Counted from the stretch's first letter, positions 27,954 through 38,603 are shown. The stretch: 64,000 nt of DNA from an uncultured bacterium (GCA_903901855.1 CAIUSP010000042.1:68274-132273); one strand, 5' to 3'. Numbers and translations: made by a program. The notes: generated from the sequence alone by a model not told the origin.

Positions 27954-29780
27954 TCACACTAGTCGAAGGTCGATGCTCACCTGCTCAGCGGACGGCGGGA
28001 ATACCAACACGAGTGCTGACAGATGCGCGCAAGTAGACCCTGCCACGACTTCGCCTTGGGAGACCGAAGGTGCGGCCGAGCATGCCAGTTCCACCTCCCC
28101 GGCGCGGATCAGACTCCCGTCACGCTCGATCGACGCGTCGGGAAGCCAGAAGATCACCTGAAGCGGCTGCCTGAAACCATCGAGCTCGATACGCATGCCG
28201 TCGCCATCGGAAGCCGGCCCGGTGACGAGCCGCAGGCCGAGGCCAGAACTCTCATCGGCCGTACCCGGAAAAGAGACCTCCTGCTCGATCACATTCTCGA
28301 ACCGCCTGAACGAAGAACACCGGGGAAGGACCGGGCGACCTCGATCGATCAACTGGAGCCAGCTCCTGTGCTCGGGGGGAACCACACGGGGGCGCGGGTG
28401 AAGGAGCCATTGCCAGCCGGCATTCGTTCGCTGGCTGGCTGCAACTGGACCCAAGTCGTATCGGGGTTCGACCCGCTGCGTCGAGATCTGTCCCCTGACA
28501 CCGAGCCAGAGCTGATCGGTCTTGACGGTGGTGAGAGCCGGCAACGGAGTTTCGGTCGGCAGGGGCTGCGCAAGGTCCCTCGGATCAGTCTGCTCCCCAC
28601 CGCTCTCGCCAGCGGCCCACTCGAGCCCGAGGAGCGTCGTGCCCGCATACGAGACCTCGGCCGCGTAAGGGTCGAGCGCGGTCGCCGCCGCATCGCGACT
28701 CTCCCGCAGAGCGGGCACCAAAGAGAGTCGGTCGTGGCCGGTGTCTGCCGCCCCCGGCAGGTAGCAGTTGCGCAGCCGATCCAGCAGGAGGGAGGCGAAG
28801 CCGCGGTTCTCCGCAGCCTCGCCGCTGTCGCATTCCGGAGTATTTGCTGCGGCAAGCGCAGCGTATGCGGTGTACGAAAGGGTCCAGGCGAGCATCGTGG
28901 TCCTGCCAGCCCAGGCCAGATCACCATCAGGTGTCGAGAGCGCTCGCGACATGCGGACGGCCCTTCGCAGCAACTCCTCGAGATCTGCCCGACGATCAGG
29001 CTCGAAGTAGCGGATCATTCGAGCCAGATTCCCTGCGGTGAAGGCGTGATAGGCGTTGGGCTGATCGGGTTGATCCGAGATGAGGGCCATTGGAGGGCGA
29101 CCGCCCTCGGATTCGCGCAAAGCCCCACTGCACCAGGTATCGATCAGCGGGTCCACCGGGCTTTGCCCACCGGCTGGGTCCTCACTCTCGCCGACATCCA
29201 GTCGGCGCACCGACTCGAGTGACTTAAGCACCAGTAACTCGAGCACCATCCGGTTGCTGTCTCGCCCTCGGTCTATCAACCGCGTCTGAAGCGGTCCCGC
29301 CCTGCGAATCTCGTAGCGAACGGCCCGCTCCACCCCATCGCGGATCTCTGCTGACTGAACCGGCGAGTCCTCTCCTTTGGCCAGAAAATCGATGATGCCG
29401 ACCATCGAAAACGGGTACATGCCTCCCTTTACCCCGGGCAGCAGGCGCGCTACCGGCGCTGGCAACTTCTTCGGCGCAAAGCCCCTGCGCGTTCGGATCG
29501 CGAACTCGACCGCGCGCAGACCCGCCTCGCTCACCGTCTCATCGAAGCGTCGACTTCCTGCCGCAAGCAGCGCAGCGCCGAGCATCGCCTCTCCGTAGGT
29601 ATCGCGACCGCGCGGCCCGCACCGCTCGACGATCGAATCCGGGAACGAACCCGAACCGCGCTGCAGCCCAGTCCAGTCCATCGCAATCGAGTCAGCACAA
29701 GCAGCCGCCTTGGCAGGCGCATCCCGCTCAGGACTGCCGGTCAACTGGATCGACCTCTTCTTGGGTTTCAACCGCTGCAA
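27954..29780 (-). CDS. Hypothetical 608-aa protein (possibly alpha/alpha-toroid + beta-sandwich, polysaccharide-lyase-like; unproven)
   Basis: Long ORF with high GC3. 13-nt overlap with the upstream amine oxidase and a 4-nt gap to the downstream cupin. No signal peptide and no motif I can name with confidence. Confidence 0.55.
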   Translation of the reverse strand: MQRLKPKKRSIQLTGSPERDAPAKAAACADSIAMDWTGLQRGSGSFPDSIVERCGPRGRDTYGEAMLGAALLAAGSRRFDETVSEAGLRAVEFAIRTRRGFAPKKLPAPVARLLPGVKGGMYPFSMVGIIDFLAKGEDSPVQSAEIRDGVERAVRYEIRRAGPLQTRLIDRGRDSNRMVLELLVLKSLESVRRLDVGESEDPAGGQSPVDPLIDTWCSGALRESEGGRPPMALISDQPDQPNAYHAFTAGNLARMIRYFEPDRRADLEELLRRAVRMSRALSTPDGDLAWAGRTTMLAWTLSYTAYAALAAANTPECDSGEAAENRGFASLLLDRLRNCYLPGAADTGHDRLSLVPALRESRDAAATALDPYAAEVSYAGTTLLGLEWAAGESGGEQTDPRDLAQPLPTETPLPALTTVKTDQLWLGVRGQISTQRVEPRYDLGPVAASQRTNAGWQWLLHPRPRVVPPEHRSWLQLIDRGRPVLPRCSSFRRFENVIEQEVSFPGTADESSGLGLRLVTGPASDGDGMRIELDGFRQPLQVIFWLPDASIERDGSLIRAGEVELACSAAPSVSQGEVVAGSTCAHLSALVLVFPPSAEQVSIDLRLV

Positions 29781-31105
29781 GCGCGAGCCGCGGCCTGGCC
29801 TGAGCGAATCGCTCCATCCATGTGGATGTGGCCGATGCCGGCGATGTCACTGCAGGCCCAATGGATCGGGCCGACCGGGCGGCGTAGGTCCTCGCCGAAT
29901 CGGGTCAGACCGCCCGGGCCGAAGCTCGTGGCGTAGGCGCCGCGAGTCCACTCCTCGTCGGCCCAATCGACCTCGATGTAGCTGGTTGCATCCAGCGCGG
30001 CAGGACCGACGTACTTGGACATTCCCTCCAAAACCGCCTCGCGGCGCTCCTCGGGGAGCATGCGGCCGGCCTTCTCGGCCTTCTCGCCGGCGAGGAAGGT
30101 GACGATCACGCCGACGTTCCCTGAGGGCGGAGAGTTGTCGTAGATCTCGCTGACCAGACCATTCGGAGCGAATCCCTGACCTGAGAGTCCATCGTCTCGC
30201 CAGAAGGGCGTGTCGTAGACGGCGAGACACTTGATGATGCTGCCTTGGGAGAGGTCTTGAGTCATCCGCTGGCGCCAGCCGGGAAGAGACGGCTTGAAGC
30301 GGATCGCGTTGGTCATGTTGGGTGGGACGGCGACTATCACCTCGTCGGCCTCCACCGTACCGGTGGCCGAGTGAACCTCTACCCCGTCGTCGGACCAGTC
30401 GATCGACGAAACCGGCGAGTCGAGGACCACGCGATCGCCCAGCCGCTCGGCAAGACGAATCGAGACCAACTGCGAGCCGCCGACCACTCGACTTGCAAGA
30501 CACTGGCTGGGCTCGAGCAGCTCATGGGTGCCTCCTGCGCCAGCGATCATCCAGAGGCCCTGGAGCAACGAGAAGGTGTGCGCAGGCTTGGCGAGGAATC
30601 CACCGGCCAGCCACGAGCGCATCAGGTTGCGTGCGGTCTCGTCTGACATCTCTCGCTGCAGCCACGCTTCGAAGGTGATCGAGTCGAGAGCCTCGGCATC
30701 GGGGTGCTCCCACGGAGCCTCCGGGTCGAGCTCTTTGGCCAGCGCATCGAGCTTGGCATCCGCCTCGGCAAGAGCCTTCTCCGAGGCCTCGCCGAGCGGC
30801 GGGTCCTCCCCCGAATAGCGGCTGGCGTTGCCGTCCTCGTCTACATAGATGTGCTCCCCAGCCAGATGGGTGGGGAAGAGCTCGATGTCGAGTCGCTCGA
30901 GCATCTCGATCATTGCGTCCTGATACAGGCTGACCCACTGACCGCCGAGCTCGTTCGCCTCACCACCGATCTCGGTGTTGTGGGTCCTTCCGCCAACTCG
31001 ATCGCGGGCCTCCAGCACCACCACATCCTTGCCGGCCTCCACCAGCGCATCGGCAGCGCTAAGGCCGGCGATTCCGGCTCCCACGATTGCGACATCGACC
31101 TTCAC
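29768..31105 (-). CDS. FAD-dependent amine oxidase (flavin monoamine/putrescine oxidase-like)
   Basis: VAIVGAGIAGLSAA...VLEARDRVGGR dinucleotide-binding motif and C-terminal HWACSDIA...G.MDGAIRSG. Confidence 0.85.
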   Translation of the reverse strand: MKVDVAIVGAGIAGLSAADALVEAGKDVVVLEARDRVGGRTHNTEIGGEANELGGQWVSLYQDAMIEMLERLDIELFPTHLAGEHIYVDEDGNASRYSGEDPPLGEASEKALAEADAKLDALAKELDPEAPWEHPDAEALDSITFEAWLQREMSDETARNLMRSWLAGGFLAKPAHTFSLLQGLWMIAGAGGTHELLEPSQCLASRVVGGSQLVSIRLAERLGDRVVLDSPVSSIDWSDDGVEVHSATGTVEADEVIVAVPPNMTNAIRFKPSLPGWRQRMTQDLSQGSIIKCLAVYDTPFWRDDGLSGQGFAPNGLVSEIYDNSPPSGNVGVIVTFLAGEKAEKAGRMLPEERREAVLEGMSKYVGPAALDATSYIEVDWADEEWTRGAYATSFGPGGLTRFGEDLRRPVGPIHWACSDIAGIGHIHMDGAIRSGQAAARACSG

Positions 31106-31189
31106 CTCTCAGATCCTATCCAGCAATGACGAGAGTTCGTCCAAAGCCTGCACAGAGATACGACTGAGGGCCTAGTATCCCGCGTCCCC

Positions 31190-33022
31190 ATGGCCCGCCG
31201 AGAGGACATCAGGAACATCGCCATCGTCGCGCACGTCGACCACGGCAAGACGACCCTGGTCGACGCGATGCTCTGGCAGTCGGGCGCCTTCCGCGCCGGG
31301 CAGGAGATCGACGAGCGAGTGATGGACTCGATGGATCTCGAGCGCGAGAAGGGAATCACCATCCTCGCCAAGAACACCGCGGTCAGGCACGGCGAGGTGA
31401 AGATGAACATCATCGACACTCCTGGTCACGCCGACTTCGGTGGGGAGGTGGAGCGCGGCCTGACCATGGTCGACGGCGTATTGCTGCTCGTCGACGCCTC
31501 CGAGGGACCGCTGCCGCAGACGAGATTCGTTCTCGGGAAGGCTCTCGAGGCGAACCTGCCGGTGATCCTCGTGATCAACAAGGTCGATCGCCCCGACGCG
31601 CGGATCGCCGAGGTCGTGGACGAGGTCTACGAACTGTTCATGGATCTCGGTGCCGACAACGACCAGATCGATTTCCCGATCGTCTACACCAATGCCAAGG
31701 AGGGCTGGGCATCCCTGGCCGAGGGTGAGGAAGGCAAGGACCTCGCGCCGCTGATGGACCTGATGGTCGAACAGATACCCGCACCGGAGTACGACCCCGA
31801 TCTCCCCGCGCAGGCCTATGTGACCAACCTCGACGCCTCTCCCTATCTCGGCCGTCTCGCGCTCTGCCGGGTGAGGCAGGGCACCATCCGCTCGGGTATG
31901 AAGATCGCCTGGTGCCGAGCCGACGGCACGATCGAGAACACCGAGATCTCCGAACTCTTCGTAACCGAAGCCCTCGAGCGGGTGCCCGCGGACGAGGCCG
32001 GTCCCGGGGAGATCATCGCCGTTGCGGGACTGCCGGAGGTGACGATCGGCGAGACGCTCGCCGATCCCGACGACCCCTCCCCCCTCCCCGTGATCGAGGT
32101 AGATGAGCCAGCCCTCTCGATCGAGGTGGGGATCAACACCTCGCCGTTCGCCGGCCGCGAAGGTGACAAGCTCACTGCCCGCCAGGTCAAAGCAAGGCTC
32201 GATCAGGAACTCCTCGGGAACGTCTCGATCCGGGTCCTGCCGACCGACCGCCCCGATGCCTGGGAGGTGCAGGGCCGAGGAGAGCTGCAACTAGTCGTCC
32301 TGCTCGAGCTGATGCGCCGCGAAGGGTTCGAGCTCACCGCCGGCCAGCCCAAGGTGGTGACCCGCGAAGAGGATGGTCAGGTGCTGGAGCCGGCCGAGAG
32401 ATTGCTGATCGACGTCCCAGAAGAGCATGTCGGCTCGGTCACCCAGTTACTCGCCGGCCGCAAGGGGCGGATGGAGTCGATGACCGGCCAGGACGGGGAC
32501 CGCAGCCGGATCGAGTTCATCATCCCGGCCAGGGGCTTGATCGGTTTCCGCACCGAATTCCTCACCGAGACGCGCGGCACCGGCATCATGCATCACGTCT
32601 TCTCGGGCTGGGAGCCGTGGGCCGGGGAGATCACCACCAGAGCGACCGGCTCGCTGGTGGCTGACCGTCAGGGCAAGGCAGCCAGCTTCGCGCTGTTCGG
32701 CCTGCAGGAGCGCGGGACACTCTTCATCGAGCCCGGCGACGAGGTCTACGAAGGCATGGTGGTTGGCGAGCACTCCCGATCTAACGATCTCGATGTGAAC
32801 GCGGTCAAGGAGAAGCAACTCACCAACATGCGCTCCTCCACCTCAGACGTGCTCGTGCGACTCGCGCCCCCGCGTCCGATCACTCTCGAGTCAGCGGTGG
32901 AGTTCCTGAGAGACGACGAGTGTGTCGAGGTGACACCTGAATCGATCCGCCTTCGCAAGGTCGCACTGGCATCGGTCGACCGGGTCAAGGAAGCCCGGCG
33001 GATCAAGAACCTCTCACGCTGA
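31190..33022 (+). CDS. typA: Translational GTPase TypA/BipA
   Basis: [36 protein letters not shown], and full-length EF-G-like domains. Confidence 0.95.
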   Translation: MARREDIRNIAIVAHVDHGKTTLVDAMLWQSGAFRAGQEIDERVMDSMDLEREKGITILAKNTAVRHGEVKMNIIDTPGHADFGGEVERGLTMVDGVLLLVDASEGPLPQTRFVLGKALEANLPVILVINKVDRPDARIAEVVDEVYELFMDLGADNDQIDFPIVYTNAKEGWASLAEGEEGKDLAPLMDLMVEQIPAPEYDPDLPAQAYVTNLDASPYLGRLALCRVRQGTIRSGMKIAWCRADGTIENTEISELFVTEALERVPADEAGPGEIIAVAGLPEVTIGETLADPDDPSPLPVIEVDEPALSIEVGINTSPFAGREGDKLTARQVKARLDQELLGNVSIRVLPTDRPDAWEVQGRGELQLVVLLELMRREGFELTAGQPKVVTREEDGQVLEPAERLLIDVPEEHVGSVTQLLAGRKGRMESMTGQDGDRSRIEFIIPARGLIGFRTEFLTETRGTGIMHHVFSGWEPWAGEITTRATGSLVADRQGKAASFALFGLQERGTLFIEPGDEVYEGMVVGEHSRSNDLDVNAVKEKQLTNMRSSTSDVLVRLAPPRPITLESAVEFLRDDECVEVTPESIRLRKVALASVDRVKEARRIKNLSR

Positions 33023-33025
33023 GCA

Positions 33026-33057
33026 CTGCCGAGCGACCGCGATCGGTCGCTCGGCAG
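33026..33057. terminator. Perfect 14-bp-stem palindrome between convergent typA and the lipoprotein gene (likely bidirectional terminator)
   Basis: CTGCCGAGCGACCG-CGAT-CGGTCGCTCGGCAG. No U-tract on either side. Confidence 0.45.
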
Positions 33058-33070
33058 AAGCTCGCGATAC

Positions 33071-33580
33071 TCAGTCGTCGAAGTCGAACTCCTGGACCCG
33101 TCGGCCGTCCGGCTTGGAGGTCGTGTGCAGTACGCCCTTGGCGCCTGCGTAGGCTCCGGTTCCGCCGATGATCGCTCGGTACTCGCCACCGTCCAGTGAG
33201 TTCTGCGGTATCGAGCCGTCGAGTGTGTAGTACTGGGTTCCGGCAATCATGATCTGTCCGTCAGGCAGGACGAAGGTGAGTTGGTTCTGGAACAGGCCCA
33301 GATCCGCGGCTGGAGCGCCATCCACCGGAGGTGCCCCCACCGCCAATTTCAGCCCGTACACGTCCCCGAACGGCTTGCCATCCTTGGTCACGGTAGTGCT
33401 GAAGGTCTGATAGTCGCCGACATCGGCGCCATCGCCGTCTGCATCGACCGATGTCACATCAGGCTTCGCAGATATCGCGGTGAAGTCTTCAAGCTCGTCA
33501 TCTTCTCCACAGCCGGATATCAACACAACCGATGCAACCATTGCGATTCCCACCACACCCAACAGAGACTTCGTCCTCAT
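33071..33580 (-). CDS. Hypothetical lipoprotein
   Basis: Signal + lipobox MRTKSLLGVVGIAMVASVVLISGC. The GGTGAYAGAKG motif near the C-terminus is reminiscent of dirigent/AOC-barrel-like proteins (weak). Confidence 0.6.
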   Translation of the reverse strand: MRTKSLLGVVGIAMVASVVLISGCGEDDELEDFTAISAKPDVTSVDADGDGADVGDYQTFSTTVTKDGKPFGDVYGLKLAVGAPPVDGAPAADLGLFQNQLTFVLPDGQIMIAGTQYYTLDGSIPQNSLDGGEYRAIIGGTGAYAGAKGVLHTTSKPDGRRVQEFDFDD

Positions 33581-33779
33581 CTGATCTTCCTCTCGTCCAG
33601 TCGTTGATCGAACATCTGACAGCCCTCAGTTCGCTCTCCACCAACGATCAGCCAATCCCTAGATTCTTCGCTGGATCACGAGTTTGAACTAACATCAACG
33701 ATAGCGATCCCGCTAGTCGAACAGTCTGCAGGGCCGGGTTCGATCAGTTCATGCGCCCGGTGACCTGATCGGTCTTGCC

Positions 33780-35546
33780 TCAGCTCTCGGCAGACGAGAC
33801 CAGGGCGGCGACCCTACGCACTCGTCTGCTCGACGACTTGGGGCGATCGCAATGGAAGAAGAGCTCCGCCCTGCCGAGGCTCTTGGTCGACTCGATTACC
33901 ACGAAGGGAACCGCTCCGGTGGGCAGTCGATCGTCGCCATCGAAGATCACGAACTCGTCTCCGCTCCGGACACGAGACTCGATCTCATCCAATCCGATTC
34001 CGGTCTCGATAATCCGGCTGGCGTTGTCCACCACCTTCAGCCCGTGATCCGGCCCGGGAACCCGGTAGACCTGATCCGGCTCGAGGCTCTGGCTCAACTC
34101 GTACGCAAACACCTGGTTGAGCGGATCGCTCGGGGTCGCGATGGCGATCAGCGACACCCCGCTGAGACCCCAGAGACGCTCCGGGTCGCGGGGGTCGATC
34201 GGTTCGTCCGAGACCGACAGTCCCGCCTCCTCGACCTTCCGGAAGTGATCGGGGTCCACAGTCCAGAACCGGACCTCGCTTCCCGCAGACTCGAGGGCTT
34301 TAGCGAGCGAGATCGCCCAGTCGGGAGCGCCGATGACGAAAAGCGACGGATCGCTCTTGCCGCTGAGGCCGAAGCGCTTGGCGACGAAGGGGCTGAGCAA
34401 TGACGAGATGAGAACTGTCCCGGCGATCACCAGGAACACCACCGGGAAGATCTGGTCGGCCCCCTTCACCCCCTTGTCGACCAGGAAGAGGCCGAACACC
34501 GGGGCGGTCGCTGCGGCGACGATCCCCCGTGCGGAGAGGGTCATCATGTACAGGCGTTCCTTCCAGGGAATCGGCAACCCGATGGTGGTGAGCACCGCCA
34601 AGGGTCTGACCACGAACGAGAGGAACGCGATGAAAGCGAGCCCGGGAAGACCGAGATCGATCACAGCGCCAGCGTCCACGGTCGCCGCCAGGAGGATGAA
34701 CAGGATCCCGAGGAGGATCGGGATCAAGGTCTCCTTGAACTCGTTGATGTAGGTGACGTTCACCTTGGACTGGTTGGTGAGGGCTATCCCCATCACCAAC
34801 GCCGCCGCAAGGCCGGCGTCTTCGAAGATCAGATCCGCGACGAGGAACGAGGCGACGACCATCATCAGCGTGGCAGCAACCTTGTCCCTACCGGAGAGCC
34901 GGTGGGTGGCGAGGATCGGCATCAGCAGGAGGGCGAACACGACTCCGGAGGCGATCCCCACCACCGCCGAGAGGAAGAACTGCTCGAGGCTGAAGACACT
35001 CAGCCCGTTCTCGGTGCTGAGGCCCGCGAAGACGACCACCGCGACGAGAGCACCGATCGGGTCCATGACCACTCCCTCCCACTTGAGCGTCGCCCGGACC
35101 CGGTCGGGGGGGCGGACGAAATCGAGCAGTGGCAGGACCACGGTTGGACCCGACACGATCAGGACGGCGCCTACCAGGACGGCGATCGCAACGGGGAGGT
35201 CCAGCAGGATGATGCCGCCGAGACTCCCGAGGCTCCAGGTGATCAGCACGCCGAGGGTCACCAGCCGGAGCACGGCCGGGCGCACCTCCCGCGGGAACTC
35301 GCTGACTCTGAGCCCGAGCGCTCCCTGGAAGAGGATCAGCGCGACGACGATCTGGATGAAGGGGGTGAGCGAGTCCCCGAGGAGTTCCTTGGGATCGATG
35401 ATGCCCGCAACCGATTCCCCCACCAGCACTCCTGCCGCCAGCAAGGGGACGATCACCGGGATATTGCTCCAGCCGCCGAACAGCCGCGCGAGGACCGAGA
35501 GGATCACGATCAGCGCCAGTCCCGTAAGCACGGCCTCTGAGCTCAT
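33780..35546 (-). CDS. Cation:proton antiporter (Na+/H+ exchanger family) with soluble C-terminal domain
   Basis: 588 aa. ~12 TM helices typical of CPA1 exchangers, then ~170 aa hydrophilic. Confidence 0.8.
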   Translation of the reverse strand: MSSEAVLTGLALIVILSVLARLFGGWSNIPVIVPLLAAGVLVGESVAGIIDPKELLGDSLTPFIQIVVALILFQGALGLRVSEFPREVRPAVLRLVTLGVLITWSLGSLGGIILLDLPVAIAVLVGAVLIVSGPTVVLPLLDFVRPPDRVRATLKWEGVVMDPIGALVAVVVFAGLSTENGLSVFSLEQFFLSAVVGIASGVVFALLLMPILATHRLSGRDKVAATLMMVVASFLVADLIFEDAGLAAALVMGIALTNQSKVNVTYINEFKETLIPILLGILFILLAATVDAGAVIDLGLPGLAFIAFLSFVVRPLAVLTTIGLPIPWKERLYMMTLSARGIVAAATAPVFGLFLVDKGVKGADQIFPVVFLVIAGTVLISSLLSPFVAKRFGLSGKSDPSLFVIGAPDWAISLAKALESAGSEVRFWTVDPDHFRKVEEAGLSVSDEPIDPRDPERLWGLSGVSLIAIATPSDPLNQVFAYELSQSLEPDQVYRVPGPDHGLKVVDNASRIIETGIGLDEIESRVRSGDEFVIFDGDDRLPTGAVPFVVIESTKSLGRAELFFHCDRPKSSSRRVRRVAALVSSAES

Positions 35547-35784
35547 CGGTATTCCACTCTCTCGCGGGGTGATTCGTGTCTCGACTCCACTCCGGGTTCC
35601 TTCCTCGAGGGTGCGCGGGAAGCCGATTATCGGGGAATTCGATCGCCTGATGTGGGTGGAATGTGGCTTCCCTGGGGTCTCGACAGATCCATCGGAGCCA
35701 TGACCGGGGCGGAGACCTCGCTGCTAGGGTCAAGCGCATGATCACCCCCGTCGGTCTGGCCAGATTCGGAGGAGAAATCGGGGT

Positions 35785-36207
35785 GTGTTCGGCGCACGAG
35801 CGCGCTTACACCGATGGGAGGTCTGGATGGATCTCCTGATCCAGGTCGGTCTGATCGAACTCGCTGTAGCAGCGCTCTTGGGATGGGCGGTGGTGATCAA
35901 GACCCAGAAGCCAGAGTGGCTCAAGCGGATAGGAGTGGTTCAACCGCACAGAGTGCTCCAGGTGCATATCGACTACATCCTGATGGGCCTGATCGCGATC
36001 GCGGTTGGGGTGGTCCTTCCCGACATCCCTGATCTAGCGGCCTATCTGCTCGTCTTCGGGACCTTCGTCAACCCGCTGCTCTTCGTGCCGCTGGCGTTTT
36101 CGAAAGACACCGACTCGAAGCTCTGGTTCCGGACACTGTCGGCGCTCTCGTTCCTCGCGATCACGGTGTCGCTCGTCTGGGCGGCGATCCTCGGCCCGGG
36201 GTTCTGA
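35785..36207 (+). CDS. Hypothetical membrane protein
   Basis: 4 TM helices. GGAGGAG SD before GTG 35785; the alternative ATG 35827 has a GGGAGG SD. Confidence 0.5.
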   Translation: MFGARARLHRWEVWMDLLIQVGLIELAVAALLGWAVVIKTQKPEWLKRIGVVQPHRVLQVHIDYILMGLIAIAVGVVLPDIPDLAAYLLVFGTFVNPLLFVPLAFSKDTDSKLWFRTLSALSFLAITVSLVWAAILGPGF

Positions 36208-36236
36208 GCTTCCTACTGAGCGGGTAGCCTCTCGCC

Positions 36237-36629
36237 GTGCCACCAGCCGTGCCCAACACTCCGTTCCAGGCGGGTCGAATCCTCATCGGCGCGGCCTTCG
36301 TGGCCGCCCCTGGCCCGGCGGGAAGAGGCTGGGTAGGAGATTCAGCAATGGCAGACGGCGGGGTGATCGCGAGGGCCTTCGGAGCGCGCGATGTCGCCTT
36401 GGGCGTGGCAACGATCGCGGCGGCACGCGACGGGCGCGGACTCGCGCCTCTGCTCGCGGTCGGGATCATGGTCGATGCGGTCGACTGCCTGGCCACAATC
36501 GCAGCGGGTGAGAGGATTCCTCGCAAGGCCCGCATCGCATCCGCCGTACTCGCCGCTGCGGCAACCGTGAACGGCGCCTGCTTGCTGGCTCGGGAGCTCG
36601 GCGGCACCGAGTCGACCCACCGGTCCTGA
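36237..36629 (+). CDS. Hypothetical Ala/Gly-rich membrane-associated protein
   Basis: 130-aa ORF with high GC3. A 323-aa opposite-strand ORF overlaps it but has no recognisable features. Confidence 0.4.
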   Translation: MPPAVPNTPFQAGRILIGAAFVAAPGPAGRGWVGDSAMADGGVIARAFGARDVALGVATIAAARDGRGLAPLLAVGIMVDAVDCLATIAAGERIPRKARIASAVLAAAATVNGACLLARELGGTESTHRS

Positions 36630-36713
36630 TCTCCAGTTGCACCCATCGCGAGGAAGGAGGTCGACTCCGACCCGGCGCTCGAAGCGATGTGACGTGGCGG
36701 ATGTTCTCTTCGA

Positions 36714-37829
36714 GTGAGGCCGATTAGGCTGTCGCAGGTGGCCAAGGGGAAACCCAAAAAGGTGAAGACCGGTAAGTCGAAGCAAGCCGCCGGCAAGCCG
36801 CAACCAGCCTGGGGAATGGTTTCGATCAGTCTGGTAGCGATCGCCGCTGGCGCATTGGTTGCCAGGGCGATCGGAGCGGACCTTGGGAAAGGCGTGATCG
36901 AGGCGGGCGCGGTCCTCGTCGCCTGGGCGGGACTCCTGGTGGCAGCCGAGAAGAGGCTCACCGCCTCGCTCGGAATGGGCTTGCTGGTCGTTTCGATGAT
37001 GCTGGTTGCCTGGGCGACCTCGGGCAATGGAGTGGCCGCCGGCCTCGTGACCGGTCTGATCATGTTCCTCAGCGCGCTTGCTGCACGGCAAACCGGGAAG
37101 ATGAGCACGGTCGGCTCCATCGCCGGAACCATCTACTTCCTCTTCGCCGTACTCGGGATCGTGCGGGGACTGTCAGCGACCGAGGCAGCTCAGACGAGCG
37201 CGATCGGGTTCCTCATCGGCTTCGCCCTGATCCTGATCCTCCACTTCACGGAGATCACCGTCTTCCCCCGTTTGATCGAACCGAGAAAGCAAAGCGGCAA
37301 GGCTTCGAAGGGCAGCAAAGCTGCAGTGACCCGCTTCTTCGCGCGTGGTCCGGGCATGCGCTACGCACTGGCCCGCGGAATCCTCTTGGGGGTCGGAATG
37401 GGCCTCTACCAGGCCAATGGGAACAGCAACATCTTCTGGGTGATGATCGGGGTCTGGGTGGTGCTGCAACCTGCGCCGTTGGCGACCTGGGACAAGGCGA
37501 TAAGGCGTGGGATCGGCACCCTGGTTGGCTGTCTTGCAGTAGGTGCGGTTGCCTACTTCGTATCCGGCGAGGCGCTCACAGCGATCGCTTTCGGACTCTT
37601 CCTGGTGGGCCTCGCGTACTACCCGGTCGACTACAGGATCTTCATCACGACGCTGAGCTTTCTGGTCGTCACGATCTACGGCGGCGCGACCGAGCAAGGC
37701 ATCATCCACTGGGGATTGCTCCGCATCCTCGACAACGCGATCGGCATCGGGATCGCTTTCCTCGCTGCCTACTGGGTCCTGCCCGGTCGCGGCAAGAAGA
37801 CCGAGAAACTCCTCTCAAGCAAGATCTGA
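36714..37829 (+). CDS. FUSC-family (aromatic acid exporter-like) membrane protein
   Basis: RGIGTLVGCLAVGAVAY and RILDNAIGIGIAFLAAYWVLP segments plus multiple TM helices. Confidence 0.65.
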   Translation: MRPIRLSQVAKGKPKKVKTGKSKQAAGKPQPAWGMVSISLVAIAAGALVARAIGADLGKGVIEAGAVLVAWAGLLVAAEKRLTASLGMGLLVVSMMLVAWATSGNGVAAGLVTGLIMFLSALAARQTGKMSTVGSIAGTIYFLFAVLGIVRGLSATEAAQTSAIGFLIGFALILILHFTEITVFPRLIEPRKQSGKASKGSKAAVTRFFARGPGMRYALARGILLGVGMGLYQANGNSNIFWVMIGVWVVLQPAPLATWDKAIRRGIGTLVGCLAVGAVAYFVSGEALTAIAFGLFLVGLAYYPVDYRIFITTLSFLVVTIYGGATEQGIIHWGLLRILDNAIGIGIAFLAAYWVLPGRGKKTEKLLSSKI

Positions 37830-37840
37830 CGGTTCGATAG

Positions 37841-38338
37841 TCACTCGGGGCGGCCGAAGTTGCCCTCGCTGGCCAGTCTCCACTCGCCCTCCTGCCAGAT
37901 GAAGGTCTCGAGGAACGGCACCGGGTCTTTGGTGAACCTCTTCCCATCGACGATCAGATCGGTGGCGATCGTGCAGGTGACGGTGATGACGCCAGCGTCG
38001 AGATCACGCTTCGCTTCGATGCCGGAGATCTCGTAGGAGGCGATCTCGTATTGATCAGCTGACTTCCGAAGCTCGTCCAGATACGAGGCGCGGGTCTCTG
38101 AGGACCCGTCTGTGCGGAGCAGCTGGTACTCGGGGGAGAGCAATTCACCCACCTTCTCGATGTCGCGTTCGGCCGAGGCCTTCCAGACCGCGTCCAATAA
38201 TTGACGGGCCTGCTGATTCGGCGAGAGACCTGCGTCGTCAGCCGAACTCGAGGTCCCCCCGCACGCAGGCAACACCAACGCGCCGCCCAGAATCACGATT
38301 GCGCTCAGGAAGCGGGCCGTCTTCGATCCGGATCTCAC
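37841..38338 (-). CDS. Lipoprotein with NTF2/SnoaL-like (DUF4440-like) domain
   Basis: Lipobox LPAC-GG. The ...EYQLLRTDGS... and WQEGEWRLA tail are typical of NTF2-like folds. Confidence 0.6.
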   Translation of the reverse strand: MRSGSKTARFLSAIVILGGALVLPACGGTSSSADDAGLSPNQQARQLLDAVWKASAERDIEKVGELLSPEYQLLRTDGSSETRASYLDELRKSADQYEIASYEISGIEAKRDLDAGVITVTCTIATDLIVDGKRFTKDPVPFLETFIWQEGEWRLASEGNFGRPE

Positions 38339-38416
38339 AGCAAGAAGAGATTACCGTCAAGACCCGACAATGGATCGCGTGACTTGGAGCTGTCAGGTGA
38401 GGGACTTCCGACAGAG

Positions 38417-38490
38417 CGCGCCCGACAGGATTCGAACCTGTGACCTTCGGTTTCGTAGACCGACGCTCTATCCAACTGAGCTACGGGCGC
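38417..38490 (-). tRNA. tRNA-Arg (anticodon ACG)
   Basis: Hand-folded cloverleaf: acceptor GCGCCCG/CGGGCGC, D-arm GCTC..GAGC, anticodon arm TCGGT-CTACGAA-ACCGA, T-arm ACAGG-TTCGAAT-CCTGT. CCA is not encoded. Confidence 0.9.
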
Positions 38491-38514
38491 TTGTTTGATG
38501 CATGCGAGTCTAGG

Positions 38515-38603
38515 CGGAGAGGGAGGGATTCGAACCCTCGAGAGAGCTTGCGCCCCCTACTCGCTTAGCAGGCGAGTGCTTTCAGCCGCTCAGCCACCTC
38601 TCC
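38515..38603 (-). tRNA. tRNA-Ser (anticodon GCT)
   Basis: Acceptor GGAGAGG/CCTCTCC, anticodon arm CTCGC-CTGCTAA-GCGAG, long variable arm, T-arm GAGGG-TTCGAAT-CCCTC. Confidence 0.9.

Noticed and set aside
35738-35839. 33-codon upstream ORF overlapping the start region of the 35785-36207 membrane protein gene
   Set aside because: It has no SD and poor codon bias, and it overlaps two better-supported start candidates. It is most likely chance.
36161-37132. 323-aa minus-strand ORF spanning the 36237-36629 ORF and the start of the FUSC gene
   Set aside because: Its Ala/Pro/Ser/Thr-rich, low-complexity translation is typical of an antisense frame, whereas the plus-strand frames give TM-helix proteins. 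The 36237-36629 call itself remains low confidence.
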